IMG/VR virus record: IMGVR_UViG_3300044984_001420
Span: 1 to 52,860 of that record
Length of the DNA: 52,860 bases
Source: a virus
Lineage: Duplodnaviria; Caudoviricetes
Direction: 5' to 3' (one strand)
In this document: piece after piece, positions 24,955 to 35,422 of the stretch
Position numbering within the stretch: the stretch's first letter is position 1
How the letters are laid out: each line of letters starts with the position of its first letter
Translations under genes and position numbers: made by a program
The notes under the pieces: model-generated
Told to the model about the DNA's origin: nothing
What the model saw: only the letters and a program-made list of their open reading frames with translations
The model's database searches: none

Positions 24955-25161
24955 GTGCCTTATCAGGTGCTCACCGGATTGTCATACCCGCCGGACAAGC
25001 GTGCCGAGGTCGGGGACATCGTTGACGATCTTCCATCAAAGTCAATTCAATGGCTAATAAACAGTGGTCATGTTGAAAAAGTGACAGGAAATACTTTTAA
25101 TCCCACACCTGCTTCGATAGCCTCGCCGGAGCCTGAAACTATTGAGAAAGACGGTGAGTAG
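24955..25161 (+). CDS. small virion-associated protein
   Basis: RBS AGGAGG; precedes the tail tube genes. Confidence 0.65.
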   Translation: MPYQVLTGLSYPPDKRAEVGDIVDDLPSKSIQWLINSGHVEKVTGNTFNPTPASIASPEPETIEKDGE

Positions 25162-25163
25162 TC

Positions 25164-25889
25164 ATGCCATTTCGTCACGGTAAATCCACGGGTGTCTTCT
25201 ATAACGGAGCAGACCTGTCGTCCTATTTTAATGAAGCATCCGTTTCCGAAGATGTTGAAACCGCTGAAGTAACTACTTTTGGTAGTGATTCAAAAAGTTA
25301 TATTGTCGGGTTAGCCGATGGAACTATCAGTGCCGCTGGAATGTTTGATGGTAATGAAGGCGCTGTAGACCAAATTTTGTCATCCACTCTTGGCAACGAT
25401 TCTGCGGATACTGTTACGGTGGCTCCCGATGGTGTCACTTTTGGGCGCAGGTCTTTTTCTGCGGCGGCCATCGAAACATCATATGAAATTTCATCACCTG
25501 TATCTGACGTTGTTTCTGCGAACCTTGAAATTCAAGCGACGCAAGGAATCGATTCAGGTGTTCTTCTCGCAGGTCGAGTTACGGTTAGCGGTTCCGCTTC
25601 TGGTTTCAGCGCTACTCTCGATCAAGGAGCATCCTCCACAAACGGGGGAATAGGTTACTTGCACGTCACCTCAAACACCAGAGATGGTGCTTCGACGTTC
25701 AAGGTGCAGGATTCCGCTGACGGTGTCACGTTTGTTGATCGCATAACATTCGCCAGCGTCTCGGCTTCTGCAACTGTCGGCAGCAAAGTTGCCGTCACGG
25801 GTTCGGTCGATCGTTATGTCCGAGCCTTGCATGACCCCGGAGTATTTACCGGGTCCGTCACATACACACTGGCGTTTGCCCGTAAATAA
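25164..25889 (+). CDS. tail tube-like protein 1 with an extra C-terminal domain
   Basis: N-terminal ~130 aa paralogous to 25903..26331 (HGK, ETAEVTTFGS..K.YI.GL.DGT). Confidence 0.8.
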   Translation: MPFRHGKSTGVFYNGADLSSYFNEASVSEDVETAEVTTFGSDSKSYIVGLADGTISAAGMFDGNEGAVDQILSSTLGNDSADTVTVAPDGVTFGRRSFSAAAIETSYEISSPVSDVVSANLEIQATQGIDSGVLLAGRVTVSGSASGFSATLDQGASSTNGGIGYLHVTSNTRDGASTFKVQDSADGVTFVDRITFASVSASATVGSKVAVTGSVDRYVRALHDPGVFTGSVTYTLAFARK

Positions 25890-25902
25890 GGAGTAAAAAA
25901 AA

Positions 25903-26331
25903 ATGGCATTTATTCATGGTAAGAAGTCACTGTTCAAGATTGACAACAGCGCCGGAGCACTCATTGACATTTCTGCTTTCTGCGAAGAAGTCAGCCTGTC
26001 ACGAGATATCGAAACCGCTGAAGTCACCACTTTTGGTAGTGGCACAAAGGCATACATCACGGGACTTTCTGACGGTACTGTCAGTATTTCAGGTAAGTTC
26101 GATTCAGTTAACGCTTCAGCAGTGGATCCAGTTTTGACGGGGATCCTTGGTCAAGATGCGACTGTTTCATGGGCATACCGTGTCAACAGTGCTTCAGTGA
26201 GTTCCACCAATCCTGAGTACCAAGGTGAAGCAATCCTCACTTCGTATGAGGTTTCCGGTGCTGTCGGAGATGCCGTGACTTTCTCGGCTGAACTGCAATG
26301 CACAGGTGCTATCACTCGGGCCACTGCTTAA
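25903..26331 (+). CDS. major tail tube protein 2
   Basis: RBS TAAGGAG; ILTSYEVS..VGD.VTFSAELQ.TG; directly before the chaperone genes. Confidence 0.85.
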   Translation: MAFIHGKKSLFKIDNSAGALIDISAFCEEVSLSRDIETAEVTTFGSGTKAYITGLSDGTVSISGKFDSVNASAVDPVLTGILGQDATVSWAYRVNSASVSSTNPEYQGEAILTSYEVSGAVGDAVTFSAELQCTGAITRATA

Positions 26332-26393
26332 TCTAAGATAGACAGGAAGTCCTAATCGTGGGTCAAGCACCCCCTATGGAAAAGAGAAAAAAA

Positions 26394-26765
26394 GTGTCCC
26401 TACGCGAAAAGATCCTTGCAGCAGATGACATTGCATCAGAGATGGTTGAAGTTCCCGAGTGGGATGTCACCGTTGAGGTGCGAGGAATGAACGGTGCAGA
26501 TCGTTCACGCATTCTGGAAACTGCTGCATCAAGTGAGGATGGCAAGATTGGTATCGGCACTATGTACGTCGAGACCGTGATTGCCAGCACCTACGACCCA
26601 GAAACGGGTCTGCGGGTATTTACCGACGCTGATCGTGATGATCTTATGTCCAAGAGTGCTTCTGCTATTGATCGTCTCGCGACGATTGGTATGCGGTTGT
26701 CTGCGATGGATGGTAAGGCGGCTGATGACGCGAAGGTCACGTTTCCTGAAAAACCCGCATCGTAG
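26394..26765 (+). CDS. tail assembly chaperone (gpG-like)
   Basis: LREKIL..DD...E.VEVPEW...VEVRGM.G..R; between tube and tape measure; start uncertain. Confidence 0.85.
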   Translation: MSLREKILAADDIASEMVEVPEWDVTVEVRGMNGADRSRILETAASSEDGKIGIGTMYVETVIASTYDPETGLRVFTDADRDDLMSKSASAIDRLATIGMRLSAMDGKAADDAKVTFPEKPAS

Positions 26766-26928
26766 GTTCCTGTTCGAATTAGCAGAAAAGTTAGGTCGAA
26801 CAGTAGGTGAATTGCTTTATGGGTCAACTTCTCATAGGCCGATCACTTCGTCCGAGTTGACGCAGTGGTCGGCTCTGTGGGAATTGAGGGCTTACGAAAT
26901 GGAGCAAGCGTCCAAGAAACGTAGATAG
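26743..26928 (+). CDS. frameshift extension of the tail chaperone (gpT-like)
   Basis: FLKNPHRRFLFELAEKLGRTVGEL...ITSSELTQW in the +1 frame, with no plausible start of its own. Confidence 0.7.
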   Translation, partial: FLKNPHRRFLFELAEKLGRTVGELLYGSTSHRPITSSELTQWSALWELRAYEMEQASKKRR

Positions 26929-26943
26929 GTTGGAGGTGTCGGC

Positions 26944-29900
26944 ATGGCTGTTGTTAGCACTGTTGAGGCGCGATATGTAGCCGACACTTCCGCCTATGTC
27001 CGTGGTTTGCAACAGGCAACTCAAGCAACCAACAAGTTGGCTAATGCCATACCAATGGTTGAAATTGCTAACCGCAGTGCAACAGTTTCTGGTTTAGCAC
27101 TTGGTGCCGCAGTCGGTACATTAGGTGCTCAGGTTTTCGCAAAGGCAACTGGCGCGGTAATGAAATACGCGCAACAAGGTATTGCTGCGGCTAAACAGTA
27201 CGAGCAAACTGTTATTTCCATTGAAGGTATTTTTGCTGGTACTGGAATGGAAATAGAAGAGGCTGCTGCCAAAACCCAGACTTATCTTGGTGAGTTGCGT
27301 GACTTTGCGGCGAGGACTCCGTTCGAGTTACCTCAAACTCTTGACGCGGTCAAGCGTCTTCTCTCTATTGGTTACGCGGCTGATGATGTCAAAGATCGAA
27401 TGTTGCCTGCCATCGGTGACATCGTTTCCGCATTAGGTCAGCCACCTGCTGCGATTAGTGCCATTGTTTATGCCTTTGGTCAGATGAAGTCTGCCGGTCG
27501 TGTCATGTCACAAGACTTAATGCAGATCGGTAATGCTCTTCCGGGCTTCAATGCCAAGATGGCTCTTGCTACCGAGTTGTTCGATGGCGACATGATGGCC
27601 TTAACCAAGGCGACAGAATCAGGTTCTTTGGATTCCGTCAAGGCTATTGACACACTCATTACTGCCATGACTAAATTTGGTGGTGCCGCTGGGGCAATGG
27701 ATAGGCAATCCAAAACACTCGCCGGAACATTGTCTACTTTCAACGACACGGTAAACAATGCTCTTATTGATGGTTTGATGCCGAGTCTTCCTGTTCTCAG
27801 CGACACTTTAAATCAAGTTATGCCTGCTGTCGAGGCATTGGCGACATCGTTTGCTCAGGCTCTTGGTCCCGCTTTGATTGATGGTGCCGATGTTTTGGGT
27901 CAGTTGGCTCCTACGTTATCGGCTTTACTTCCTCCTGTTATTGATTTGGCTTCGCAACTTCTTGTTTTTAGTGATGTTATTGTCGCGCTTTCTCCTGTAT
28001 TAGAATTGATGGCTGACAGTATGGGTGCTGTTGCTAATGTTTTGAAAATGCTTCCTGACCCTATTTTTGCTGGCATTGCAGCGCTCATCGTTTTCCGAAT
28101 GGCGATGAAGAAACTACAAATCGATAGCACTGTTGCTGCTACTGGTGTGCTCGGTGCTTTCTTGCGAATGAAAGCGTCTGCCATAAGCACCAGTATTGAA
28201 ATTCGTTCTGCTTTCGCTTTTGCCGGTCTTTCTTTGAAGGCTTTTAGTATGGCTGGAATGACGATGGCTGCCACTTTCCGCGCCGCAATGGTTTCAATAA
28301 AAATTGCGGCAAGAAGCATGATGGCTTCGCTTGGCCCTGTTGGTATAGCAATTGCTATAGCAACTGTTGCAATGGAATTCTTTATGAATTCGTCTAAAGA
28401 CACTACTCACATTGTGGATGCTTTAAAAGATAGTGTTGATGAAACAACCGATTCTTTCGGTAGGTTGTCTGCTTCTGTTGCTGCTGAGAATTTCCGTGCA
28501 GACTTGTCGCCTGAGGGTTTGAAGGATCTTTCAGAGGCAGGGATTTCTGTTGCAGAAATTTCTTCTGCTGCACTTGCAGGGGGTGATGCTGCAGAACAAA
28601 TGAAAGTAAAACTTTACGAGTTGAGTCTTACAAAAGCGGCCCTTGTCGGTTTCGCGGATACTTTCATGGATGTTGCAACTTCCGCTGTTACGGCGCAAAA
28701 ACAAATTGCCGTTGAAACTGCTGCCACTGCTGATGCTGCTGTAGTTGCCGCCGAAATGCATGCGCGTGCAGGTGAATTAACACAGCACACAAACAAGGTT
28801 ACTGCTCAAGAAACAGTTAATGCTCGAAACAAAATGACGGCTGCAGAGAGGGCTGCCGCAGATTTTGTTGTTAAGGCAGAGGCCGCAATGGAGCGGGCTC
28901 GTCTAAAAGGTAAAGGCGCTATTGAGGCTGTCAATTCTGCTTTACAAAATCTTAGTAAGGCTTTGGAGTCTGAAGCAACTTACGACAATGCGCGTAAGGG
29001 TATTAATGATTTAAATAAAGAATTGGCTGAAGGCAAGAAAAATATCAAAGGTTATTCTGACGAGGCTATGACTAATCGTGCCGCTATTCGTGATGCGGCA
29101 CAAGGTTACATTGAATACGCGAACAATCTTACAGATCCTATTGAAAAACAAAAGGCTTTAGAAGAGGGACAAGAAAAAATTCGTAAATCCTTGAAGAAGG
29201 CTGGGATTAAGGCTAAAGATACCGACATTTTTCAAATTTTTAAAGAACAGACTGAGCAATCAGGTAAGACTGTTGATGAGTTTGCTGGTCAAAGATTAGC
29301 CGCTTTAAGTTATGGTAATCAAGTTGGTGTCAATTTCATTGACGGAATAATTAAAGAATTAGAAGCCGGTAAAAAAGAAATTGAAACCACTGCTACCGAA
29401 GTTGGTGCAACACTTCCTGCAGCGGCTAATGCTGCGATTGATGCTTCGTCACCTTCAAAAGAAGCAATGAAGGTCGCCAAAAACTTTATTGACGGTTTAA
29501 CTATTGGTTTAAATAACGGTAAGAAGAGTGCTGGGGGTGCTGCGGCAACTGTTGGATCTTCTCTGCTGTCTGGTATTAAAACAGCGCTGACAAGTGGTAG
29601 CGATATTTCTAGTGTTCTTTCAAACGTGTTTGGTTCAATGCCTTCTATGCCTACCCCACTGGAATCGGCTTTGGGTAAAGATGGTGCCGAGAAGTTTTTG
29701 AAGAAGCATGAAAAAGAATTACTTGTTTTGCAAAAGGCTTTCGCTGATGTTGATGTGATTGTAAATACTATTCGTAGTGCTAACAGTGCTCTTTCTGAGG
29801 TTGGTGCGGCTTCCAAGCAAATATCTGGAACTTACAAAGATGGGATTGTTTCTGCACCTTCAGCAATCATGAATGCTCTCGGTGGTGAGGGTGATCTTTC

Positions 29901-31482
29901 TTCCGCTATTTCTATGTTGGATCAGTTGGCGGCTTCAGCAAATACCGCTCTGGATGCTTTGATTTCTATTTCTTCTGGTAAGGAAAGGAAACAACTCAGG
30001 GGTAGAAAGAATGATCTTAGAGGTTATTTAGATGGTATGAGGGATGAGATTGCGGGTTACATGATTCGCCGTGATCAGATTACTTCTGAACTAAGTGCTT
30101 TAGAAGATACTTACAGTAAAAAACTTGATGAAATAAACGAGCATTACGATGGTCTTGATAAGGCTGCAGGTATTGCTGTCTCAGGTATTGAGAGTAAATT
30201 TAATGGAATTATCCCCGGTCTTAAGTCAGCATTAGATGCTGCGAATCAAGCATTTGATAAAGAGAATGCTGTTCTTGAAAAATTGATTAGTGAGCGTGAC
30301 GGTTTCCTTAAGCGTGTGGGAGATGGTTTAAAATCTTTCGCAAATGATTTGAGTAGTACAAATAAATCTGTCCGTACAATCGTCAAGAACATTGGTAACG
30401 GGATAACGATCACAACGCAGGAAGAGGTTGTAGAACCGGGTTCTTTCCGTGCTTCTCTTGAGAGTCGTCTGGCAACTGTTAGAGAATTTACTTCTAACAT
30501 ACAGAATCTTTTGGCTCGCGGTTTGGATCCTTCACTGGTTCAGGATTTCATTTCGGCAGGTGTTGGTTCGGCTGGTGGGACGGTTGCTGCTCTGGCTGCT
30601 GGTTCGTCTGAGGATCTTGCTGCGATAAATGCTTTGCAGTCTAGTTTGGCTTCTGAGATTTCATCGTTCCAGCAGTCTACTTCGGCACAGTATTTTGATT
30701 TGGGTATTGCTCAACAGGAGGCTGTTGTTGGGCCTTTGCGTGCGGCTGCTGCTAACGCTCAGGCCGCGTTGGCTTTGGCTGAGGAAGCAAGAACCACTGA
30801 ATTAAATGCTGCTCTGGCTCATCAGCAAAAATTGAAGGATGATCGTGATAAGGCTATAGCAGATGAGAATGCTGCCTACAAGACTCAAAGGGACGTTTTG
30901 ACGGCTGAGGCTGTTCTCATTGATGCTGAATTAAGTAAGCGTGCCGCTGCCGTTCAAAAGTATTTCACTGACTTGATGGATCCTGTCACTGGTGTTCCAG
31001 CGGACATGTTCAAGTTAGGTAAGCAAGCGGTCAACGGAATCATCAACGGTATGAAGGATAGAGAGAAAGCCTTAATAGCCTACGCTACTGAATTAGGTAA
31101 CGTCATTAGAAATACTTTAAGGGATTCCTTGCAGGTTTCTAGCCCCTCGAAGGTTACTCGTACCATTGGTGAACAGATTGCTCAGGGTCTTGTTGATGGG
31201 ATGAGGGCGAGTGAGGATTCTGTTGCTAGGGCTGCAGATAGTCTTGCGAATCAAGTCATGTTGCCTTTGGAGACACCGAATTTTTCTGGTGTTTCGGCTG
31301 CCCCATCAGTAAGTGTGAATGGTGGACCCAGTGCCGGTTTCCGGGCAAGCGTTGTAAACAATTACACGGTGAACGTGCAATCACTGGCTGGAGATAAACG
31401 CCAGATTGGCCGTGAAGTTGTTGAGGCTATTAAAGCATTTGAGAAGTCTTCTGGTCCTGTGTATCAGCAGGTGAGTGTGTAA
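26944..31482 (+). CDS. tape measure protein
   Basis: 1512 aa, Ala-rich and helical; FAARTPFELP tape-measure domain; SSPSK motifs. Confidence 0.95.
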   Translation: MAVVSTVEARYVADTSAYVRGLQQATQATNKLANAIPMVEIANRSATVSGLALGAAVGTLGAQVFAKATGAVMKYAQQGIAAAKQYEQTVISIEGIFAGTGMEIEEAAAKTQTYLGELRDFAARTPFELPQTLDAVKRLLSIGYAADDVKDRMLPAIGDIVSALGQPPAAISAIVYAFGQMKSAGRVMSQDLMQIGNALPGFNAKMALATELFDGDMMALTKATESGSLDSVKAIDTLITAMTKFGGAAGAMDRQSKTLAGTLSTFNDTVNNALIDGLMPSLPVLSDTLNQVMPAVEALATSFAQALGPALIDGADVLGQLAPTLSALLPPVIDLASQLLVFSDVIVALSPVLELMADSMGAVANVLKMLPDPIFAGIAALIVFRMAMKKLQIDSTVAATGVLGAFLRMKASAISTSIEIRSAFAFAGLSLKAFSMAGMTMAATFRAAMVSIKIAARSMMASLGPVGIAIAIATVAMEFFMNSSKDTTHIVDALKDSVDETTDSFGRLSASVAAENFRADLSPEGLKDLSEAGISVAEISSAALAGGDAAEQMKVKLYELSLTKAALVGFADTFMDVATSAVTAQKQIAVETAATADAAVVAAEMHARAGELTQHTNKVTAQETVNARNKMTAAERAAADFVVKAEAAMERARLKGKGAIEAVNSALQNLSKALESEATYDNARKGINDLNKELAEGKKNIKGYSDEAMTNRAAIRDAAQGYIEYANNLTDPIEKQKALEEGQEKIRKSLKKAGIKAKDTDIFQIFKEQTEQSGKTVDEFAGQRLAALSYGNQVGVNFIDGIIKELEAGKKEIETTATEVGATLPAAANAAIDASSPSKEAMKVAKNFIDGLTIGLNNGKKSAGGAAATVGSSLLSGIKTALTSGSDISSVLSNVFGSMPSMPTPLESALGKDGAEKFLKKHEKELLVLQKAFADVDVIVNTIRSANSALSEVGAASKQISGTYKDGIVSAPSAIMNALGGEGDLSSAISMLDQLAASANTALDALISISSGKERKQLRGRKNDLRGYLDGMRDEIAGYMIRRDQITSELSALEDTYSKKLDEINEHYDGLDKAAGIAVSGIESKFNGIIPGLKSALDAANQAFDKENAVLEKLISERDGFLKRVGDGLKSFANDLSSTNKSVRTIVKNIGNGITITTQEEVVEPGSFRASLESRLATVREFTSNIQNLLARGLDPSLVQDFISAGVGSAGGTVAALAAGSSEDLAAINALQSSLASEISSFQQSTSAQYFDLGIAQQEAVVGPLRAAAANAQAALALAEEARTTELNAALAHQQKLKDDRDKAIADENAAYKTQRDVLTAEAVLIDAELSKRAAAVQKYFTDLMDPVTGVPADMFKLGKQAVNGIINGMKDREKALIAYATELGNVIRNTLRDSLQVSSPSKVTRTIGEQIAQGLVDGMRASEDSVARAADSLANQVMLPLETPNFSGVSAAPSVSVNGGPSAGFRASVVNNYTVNVQSLAGDKRQIGREVVEAIKAFEKSSGPVYQQVSV

Positions 31483-32723
31483 TGGCTGGTTTTGATCCAC
31501 GCACCTTTTATGAAGGCACACAACTTTATGAGTCCGGCGGCTTGTATGACGGTTGGGATTATCGGGGTGAGAATCCGGGACCGTGGTATGTGGAGTTGGG
31601 TGCGGATTTGTCTGCTAATGGTATTGGTGATTGGTTTACTTTAGATGATCCTGTTAAGGGTGAATTGAATAACATAGTTTATTTGTTGACGGGTGATTTG
31701 TTTGTTGATATTACTCGTTACGTTCGTAGTTTAAGTGTGAAGCGTGGAAGGTCACGTTTTCTGGAGAAGTTTATTACGGGGGCGTGTGAGATCGTTCTTG
31801 ATAACAGGAACAGATTGTTTGATCCTACTTTGACAGGTGCTCCTTTTACTGGACAAATTATTCCCCGTAAACCTTTAAGAATTTTTTATGATACGTTCCC
31901 TGTTTTTACGGGTAACGTGCAGGACTGGGATTTTGATTACTCTGTTAAGGACGCTACTGCTACCGTCAAATGTTTGGATGCTTTTTCTACTTTGGCTACG
32001 CAAACGGTTCCTGCTCAAACTATGACTACTCAGTTGACTGGTGCAAGAGTGAATTATGTTTTAGATCAGGTTGGTTTCCCTGCGGAATTGCGTAGCGTTG
32101 AGTCGGGTACGGCTTCTGTTGCGGCAGATACTGTGGGAGACAGTGTTAATGCTTTAGCCTATTTGCAAAAAATAGAGGTAAGTCAAAACGGTTTATTTTT
32201 TATGTCTGCTGATGGTTTGATCACGTTTGAGGATTCTTTCACTGGAACACCAACCCCGGTTGAGGTTGGTGATGGGGGTGTGCCTATTAGCGATTTAGAT
32301 GTGGTTTTTGGGGCTGAAGAATTAACTAACAGGGTCACAGTAAATTATTATTCTGGATCTGTTCAAACTTCTCTGATCATTGATTCTACGCCTAGTCAAG
32401 ATAAATATGGCTTGTTTGATACCTCAGTGGACACATTATTGAGTGGTTCTGTTTCGGCAAGTGCCTTGGGTGTTCTTCTCGTGAATCGGTATGAAGAACC
32501 TCAGTATAGGATTGATTCAGCGGTTTTTAATGTTGCGGGTTTGGATACTTCTGGGCAAAACCAAATTCTGTCGCTGGAGTTAGGTGATCAAATTTTATTA
32601 AAGTTTCGCCCTTTAGGTGTTGGTGAGACTATTGAACGTAATGTTCTCGTGGATGCGATTGACCATTCTGCGGCACCTAAGACGCACACGGTATCGTTGG
32701 CTTTGACTGACCTCGGGATTTAA
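31482..32723 (+). CDS. minor tail/baseplate hub protein
   Basis: Follows the tape measure; DIT.YVRS.S.KRGRSR, LDNR.R.FDP. Confidence 0.8.
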   Translation: MAGFDPRTFYEGTQLYESGGLYDGWDYRGENPGPWYVELGADLSANGIGDWFTLDDPVKGELNNIVYLLTGDLFVDITRYVRSLSVKRGRSRFLEKFITGACEIVLDNRNRLFDPTLTGAPFTGQIIPRKPLRIFYDTFPVFTGNVQDWDFDYSVKDATATVKCLDAFSTLATQTVPAQTMTTQLTGARVNYVLDQVGFPAELRSVESGTASVAADTVGDSVNALAYLQKIEVSQNGLFFMSADGLITFEDSFTGTPTPVEVGDGGVPISDLDVVFGAEELTNRVTVNYYSGSVQTSLIIDSTPSQDKYGLFDTSVDTLLSGSVSASALGVLLVNRYEEPQYRIDSAVFNVAGLDTSGQNQILSLELGDQILLKFRPLGVGETIERNVLVDAIDHSAAPKTHTVSLALTDLGI

Positions 32724-32744
32724 TGATGATAGATTGGAGTTGGA

Positions 32745-33785
32745 GTGCCTAACTTTACGGCAAATACTACGTTGTCTGCTGCCGCTTTAAACACGGCTTT
32801 TAATCAGGCAGATGTAAACGTACAAACATCAACCACTTATACGCTTTTGTTGGCGGATCAAGGGAAACTAATTTCTTTGGATAATGCAAGCGCGGTGACT
32901 TTAAGTATTCCTCTTAACTCTTCAGCCGCTTTTCCAACTAATACGGTGATTGGATTGCTGAATAAGGGTGCTGGATTAGTAACTGTTACTCCTATATCCG
33001 GGGTTACTTTGAATCCTGCCGTGAGGGTTCTTGCACAGAATGAAGCGGCATCTTTAATCAAAACTGACACGAATACTTGGTATTTTGTTCAAGGTGGTGG
33101 CCTCCCAAAAGCAATAGTCTCGTCTAGCACAGCCGCTTCAGTTACAGCGGTGACGGTAGGCGGGCTGCCCGCGAAGGTTTACAAGTTTACTGGTACAGGT
33201 TCAATCACTTTATCAAAGGCTGGTCTTGTGGATGTGATTGCTCAAGGGCCGGGTGGTATAGGTTCATTCGGTTCCGGTGGTGCCGGGGGTTTTATCGAGA
33301 AATCAAACGTGTTTGTTGCTGCTGGTTCTAACGCTGTTTACATTGGTGCGGGTGGAAGCGTTTCGCTGGCTCAAGGGACTGCGGAGTCATCGCACTTTAA
33401 TGGAATTGCTGCAACGGGTGGAGGATCTGGGGCGCAATACACGGACAGGCAACCGTCAGGTGGGGCTTGCGGTGGAGGCTCTGGCCCATTCGCTTCCGCT
33501 AACTCGGGCGTAGGCGCAAGGTTCCAAGGTCTTATTGTTGTTTCGGCTGGCGTGACTCGCGGCGGTAACGGTGCAGGCGTGAACGGTGGCGGGGGTGGTG
33601 GCGTGAACGGTGACGGTTCTGGCGGTACGGGCGGCGCTGGCACTACCCCGGACGCGACTTGGGGTTCACCCGGAACTTTAGGTCGTGGTGGAGGTGGTGC
33701 TTCTATGACGGCTAATACTGGTAACGGTGGCAACTTGGGTGCAAATGGTAATAGCGGAATAATTTTGATAAGGGTGATGGACTAA
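32745..33785 (+). CDS. Gly-rich tail fibre/receptor-binding protein
   Basis: TYTL.LADQGK N-domain plus Gly-rich domain ending GNSGIILIR. Confidence 0.75.
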   Translation: MPNFTANTTLSAAALNTAFNQADVNVQTSTTYTLLLADQGKLISLDNASAVTLSIPLNSSAAFPTNTVIGLLNKGAGLVTVTPISGVTLNPAVRVLAQNEAASLIKTDTNTWYFVQGGGLPKAIVSSSTAASVTAVTVGGLPAKVYKFTGTGSITLSKAGLVDVIAQGPGGIGSFGSGGAGGFIEKSNVFVAAGSNAVYIGAGGSVSLAQGTAESSHFNGIAATGGGSGAQYTDRQPSGGACGGGSGPFASANSGVGARFQGLIVVSAGVTRGGNGAGVNGGGGGGVNGDGSGGTGGAGTTPDATWGSPGTLGRGGGGASMTANTGNGGNLGANGNSGIILIRVMD

Positions 33786-34090
33786 TGGCTCATTTTGCAA
33801 AAGTTATTGACGGAATCGTTGAGTCGGTTATTGCGCTCGATAACAAAGACTGCGGGGGTGGGGACTTCCCTGATTCTGAGCCTATCGGCAACGAGTTTCT
33901 TAACGATAACGGGTTTACTGGCGAGTGGTTGCAATGCTCGTATTCAAACTCTTTTAGATATTGGATGCCTGCCCCCGGCTACACATGGAACGGTGAAGCC
34001 TTTGTTTGCCAATCACCGGGCAACGGTTGGACTCTTGACGAGGAAACGTGGCAGTGGGTTTCTGGTTCAGGCTCTCGGATACCAAGTTAA
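33785..34090 (+). CDS. small partner of a Gly-rich fibre (MAHFA family)
   Basis: MAHFAKV.DG.V..VI...W.Q.SY...FR; paralogue of 38248..38499. Confidence 0.7.
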   Translation: MAHFAKVIDGIVESVIALDNKDCGGGDFPDSEPIGNEFLNDNGFTGEWLQCSYSNSFRYWMPAPGYTWNGEAFVCQSPGNGWTLDEETWQWVSGSGSRIPS

Positions 34091-34108
34091 GGACGGTACA
34101 ATTACATT

Positions 34109-35398
34109 ATGGCTTCTACATATCCCGGCACGGTTGATAACCTAACTAATCCAACAGCGGTCGATCCGTTATCTAGTCCTGCTCATGCGGGGCAACACAC
34201 TAACGCTAATGATGCGATTGAGGCCATAGAAACAACTCTTGGGGTGAATCCTCAAGGGGCTTATGCAACTGTCGCTGCTCGCATGGCGGTCGTTGATAGT
34301 GCTGCCGCTTCAGCCGCCGTATCCGCTTCTGCCGCTGCCGTTTCTGCTTCAGCCGCTTTAGTCAGCCAACTGGATGCGGCACAGTCATCTAGTGACGCTC
34401 AGGAATGGGCAATCAAACTTGTTGATCCGGTGTCGGGTTCGGATTATTCAGCAAAATTTAACGCTAACCTTGCGGCTACTTCGGCTTCTCTCGCGGCTAG
34501 TCTTTACGATCAATTTGATGACAGGTTCTTGGGAGCAAAATCGGTGCCTCCCACCGTCGACAACGACGGAGATCCTCTGGTTGCTGGGCAATTGTATTTT
34601 GACACCGTTTATGTCGCTATGAAAGTTTACACGGGTTCAGCGTGGATAGATGCCGCTACTTCTCTTTACTCGTGGACTGGTCCGGTGACTATTGCTGCTT
34701 CTGGTTCCGTTACTGCGTTGCGTGTAACGCAAACGGGTACGGGTGATGCTCTGCTTATTGAGGATTCGGCTAACCCTGATGCGACACCGTTTGTGGTGGA
34801 TGCAAGCGGCAATGTTGGTATTGGTGAGAGTAGTCCTTCAGAGAAATTTCAAGTTTCAGGAAATATTAAAACTACAGCAGATGTGAATTCAGTAATGTTG
34901 GTCGGTAGGTATAGCGCAGGAGTTCCCGGCTCATACATTGATGCGTACTCACCATCAACGTATTTGGCTTTCCAAGTTCAAGCCTCAGAACGTATGCGTA
35001 TCACTTCCGCTGGCAATGTTGGTCTGGGCGTACAAGCGCCAACACAAACGATTCACGCTTACACGGCTGTGACAGGCGGCTCCCCCGCCGCTTCAGGATC
35101 GGGAAATGATCCGAACGCTACTGCTCGTTTCCAAATGTCGAGCGTTGCGCTAGATGTTGGCACGACTGCTGCTGGTGGGGCATGGCTTCAATCCAGACAG
35201 TTCAATAACTACGCCACCAATTTCCCTCTGCTTCTAAATCCGAATGGCGGCAATGTCGGTGTAGGTACAACGACACCGGGTTACAAATTGGATGTTAACG
35301 GTACAGTTAATGCGTCAGCCGTGTTTGTTAATGGCGCTCCTGTTAGTGCCGGTGGTGGCGCTGGTTTGCAGGATGTTTTCTTTTTAATGGGCGCTTGA
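34109..35398 (+). CDS. tail fibre protein
   Basis: Repeated GNVGIG/GNVGLG/GNVGVG...KLDVNG beta-repeats; YDQFDDRFLGAK..P.VDNDG motif. Confidence 0.8.
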   Translation: MASTYPGTVDNLTNPTAVDPLSSPAHAGQHTNANDAIEAIETTLGVNPQGAYATVAARMAVVDSAAASAAVSASAAAVSASAALVSQLDAAQSSSDAQEWAIKLVDPVSGSDYSAKFNANLAATSASLAASLYDQFDDRFLGAKSVPPTVDNDGDPLVAGQLYFDTVYVAMKVYTGSAWIDAATSLYSWTGPVTIAASGSVTALRVTQTGTGDALLIEDSANPDATPFVVDASGNVGIGESSPSEKFQVSGNIKTTADVNSVMLVGRYSAGVPGSYIDAYSPSTYLAFQVQASERMRITSAGNVGLGVQAPTQTIHAYTAVTGGSPAASGSGNDPNATARFQMSSVALDVGTTAAGGAWLQSRQFNNYATNFPLLLNPNGGNVGVGTTTPGYKLDVNGTVNASAVFVNGAPVSAGGGAGLQDVFFLMGA

Positions 35399-35422
35399 CA
35401 ATTACTAACTGAAAGGCTCAAA

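Noticed and set aside
27480-30500. Minus-strand ORFs within the tape measure gene
   Set aside because: Antisense shadows of Ala-rich codons with no recognisable motifs.
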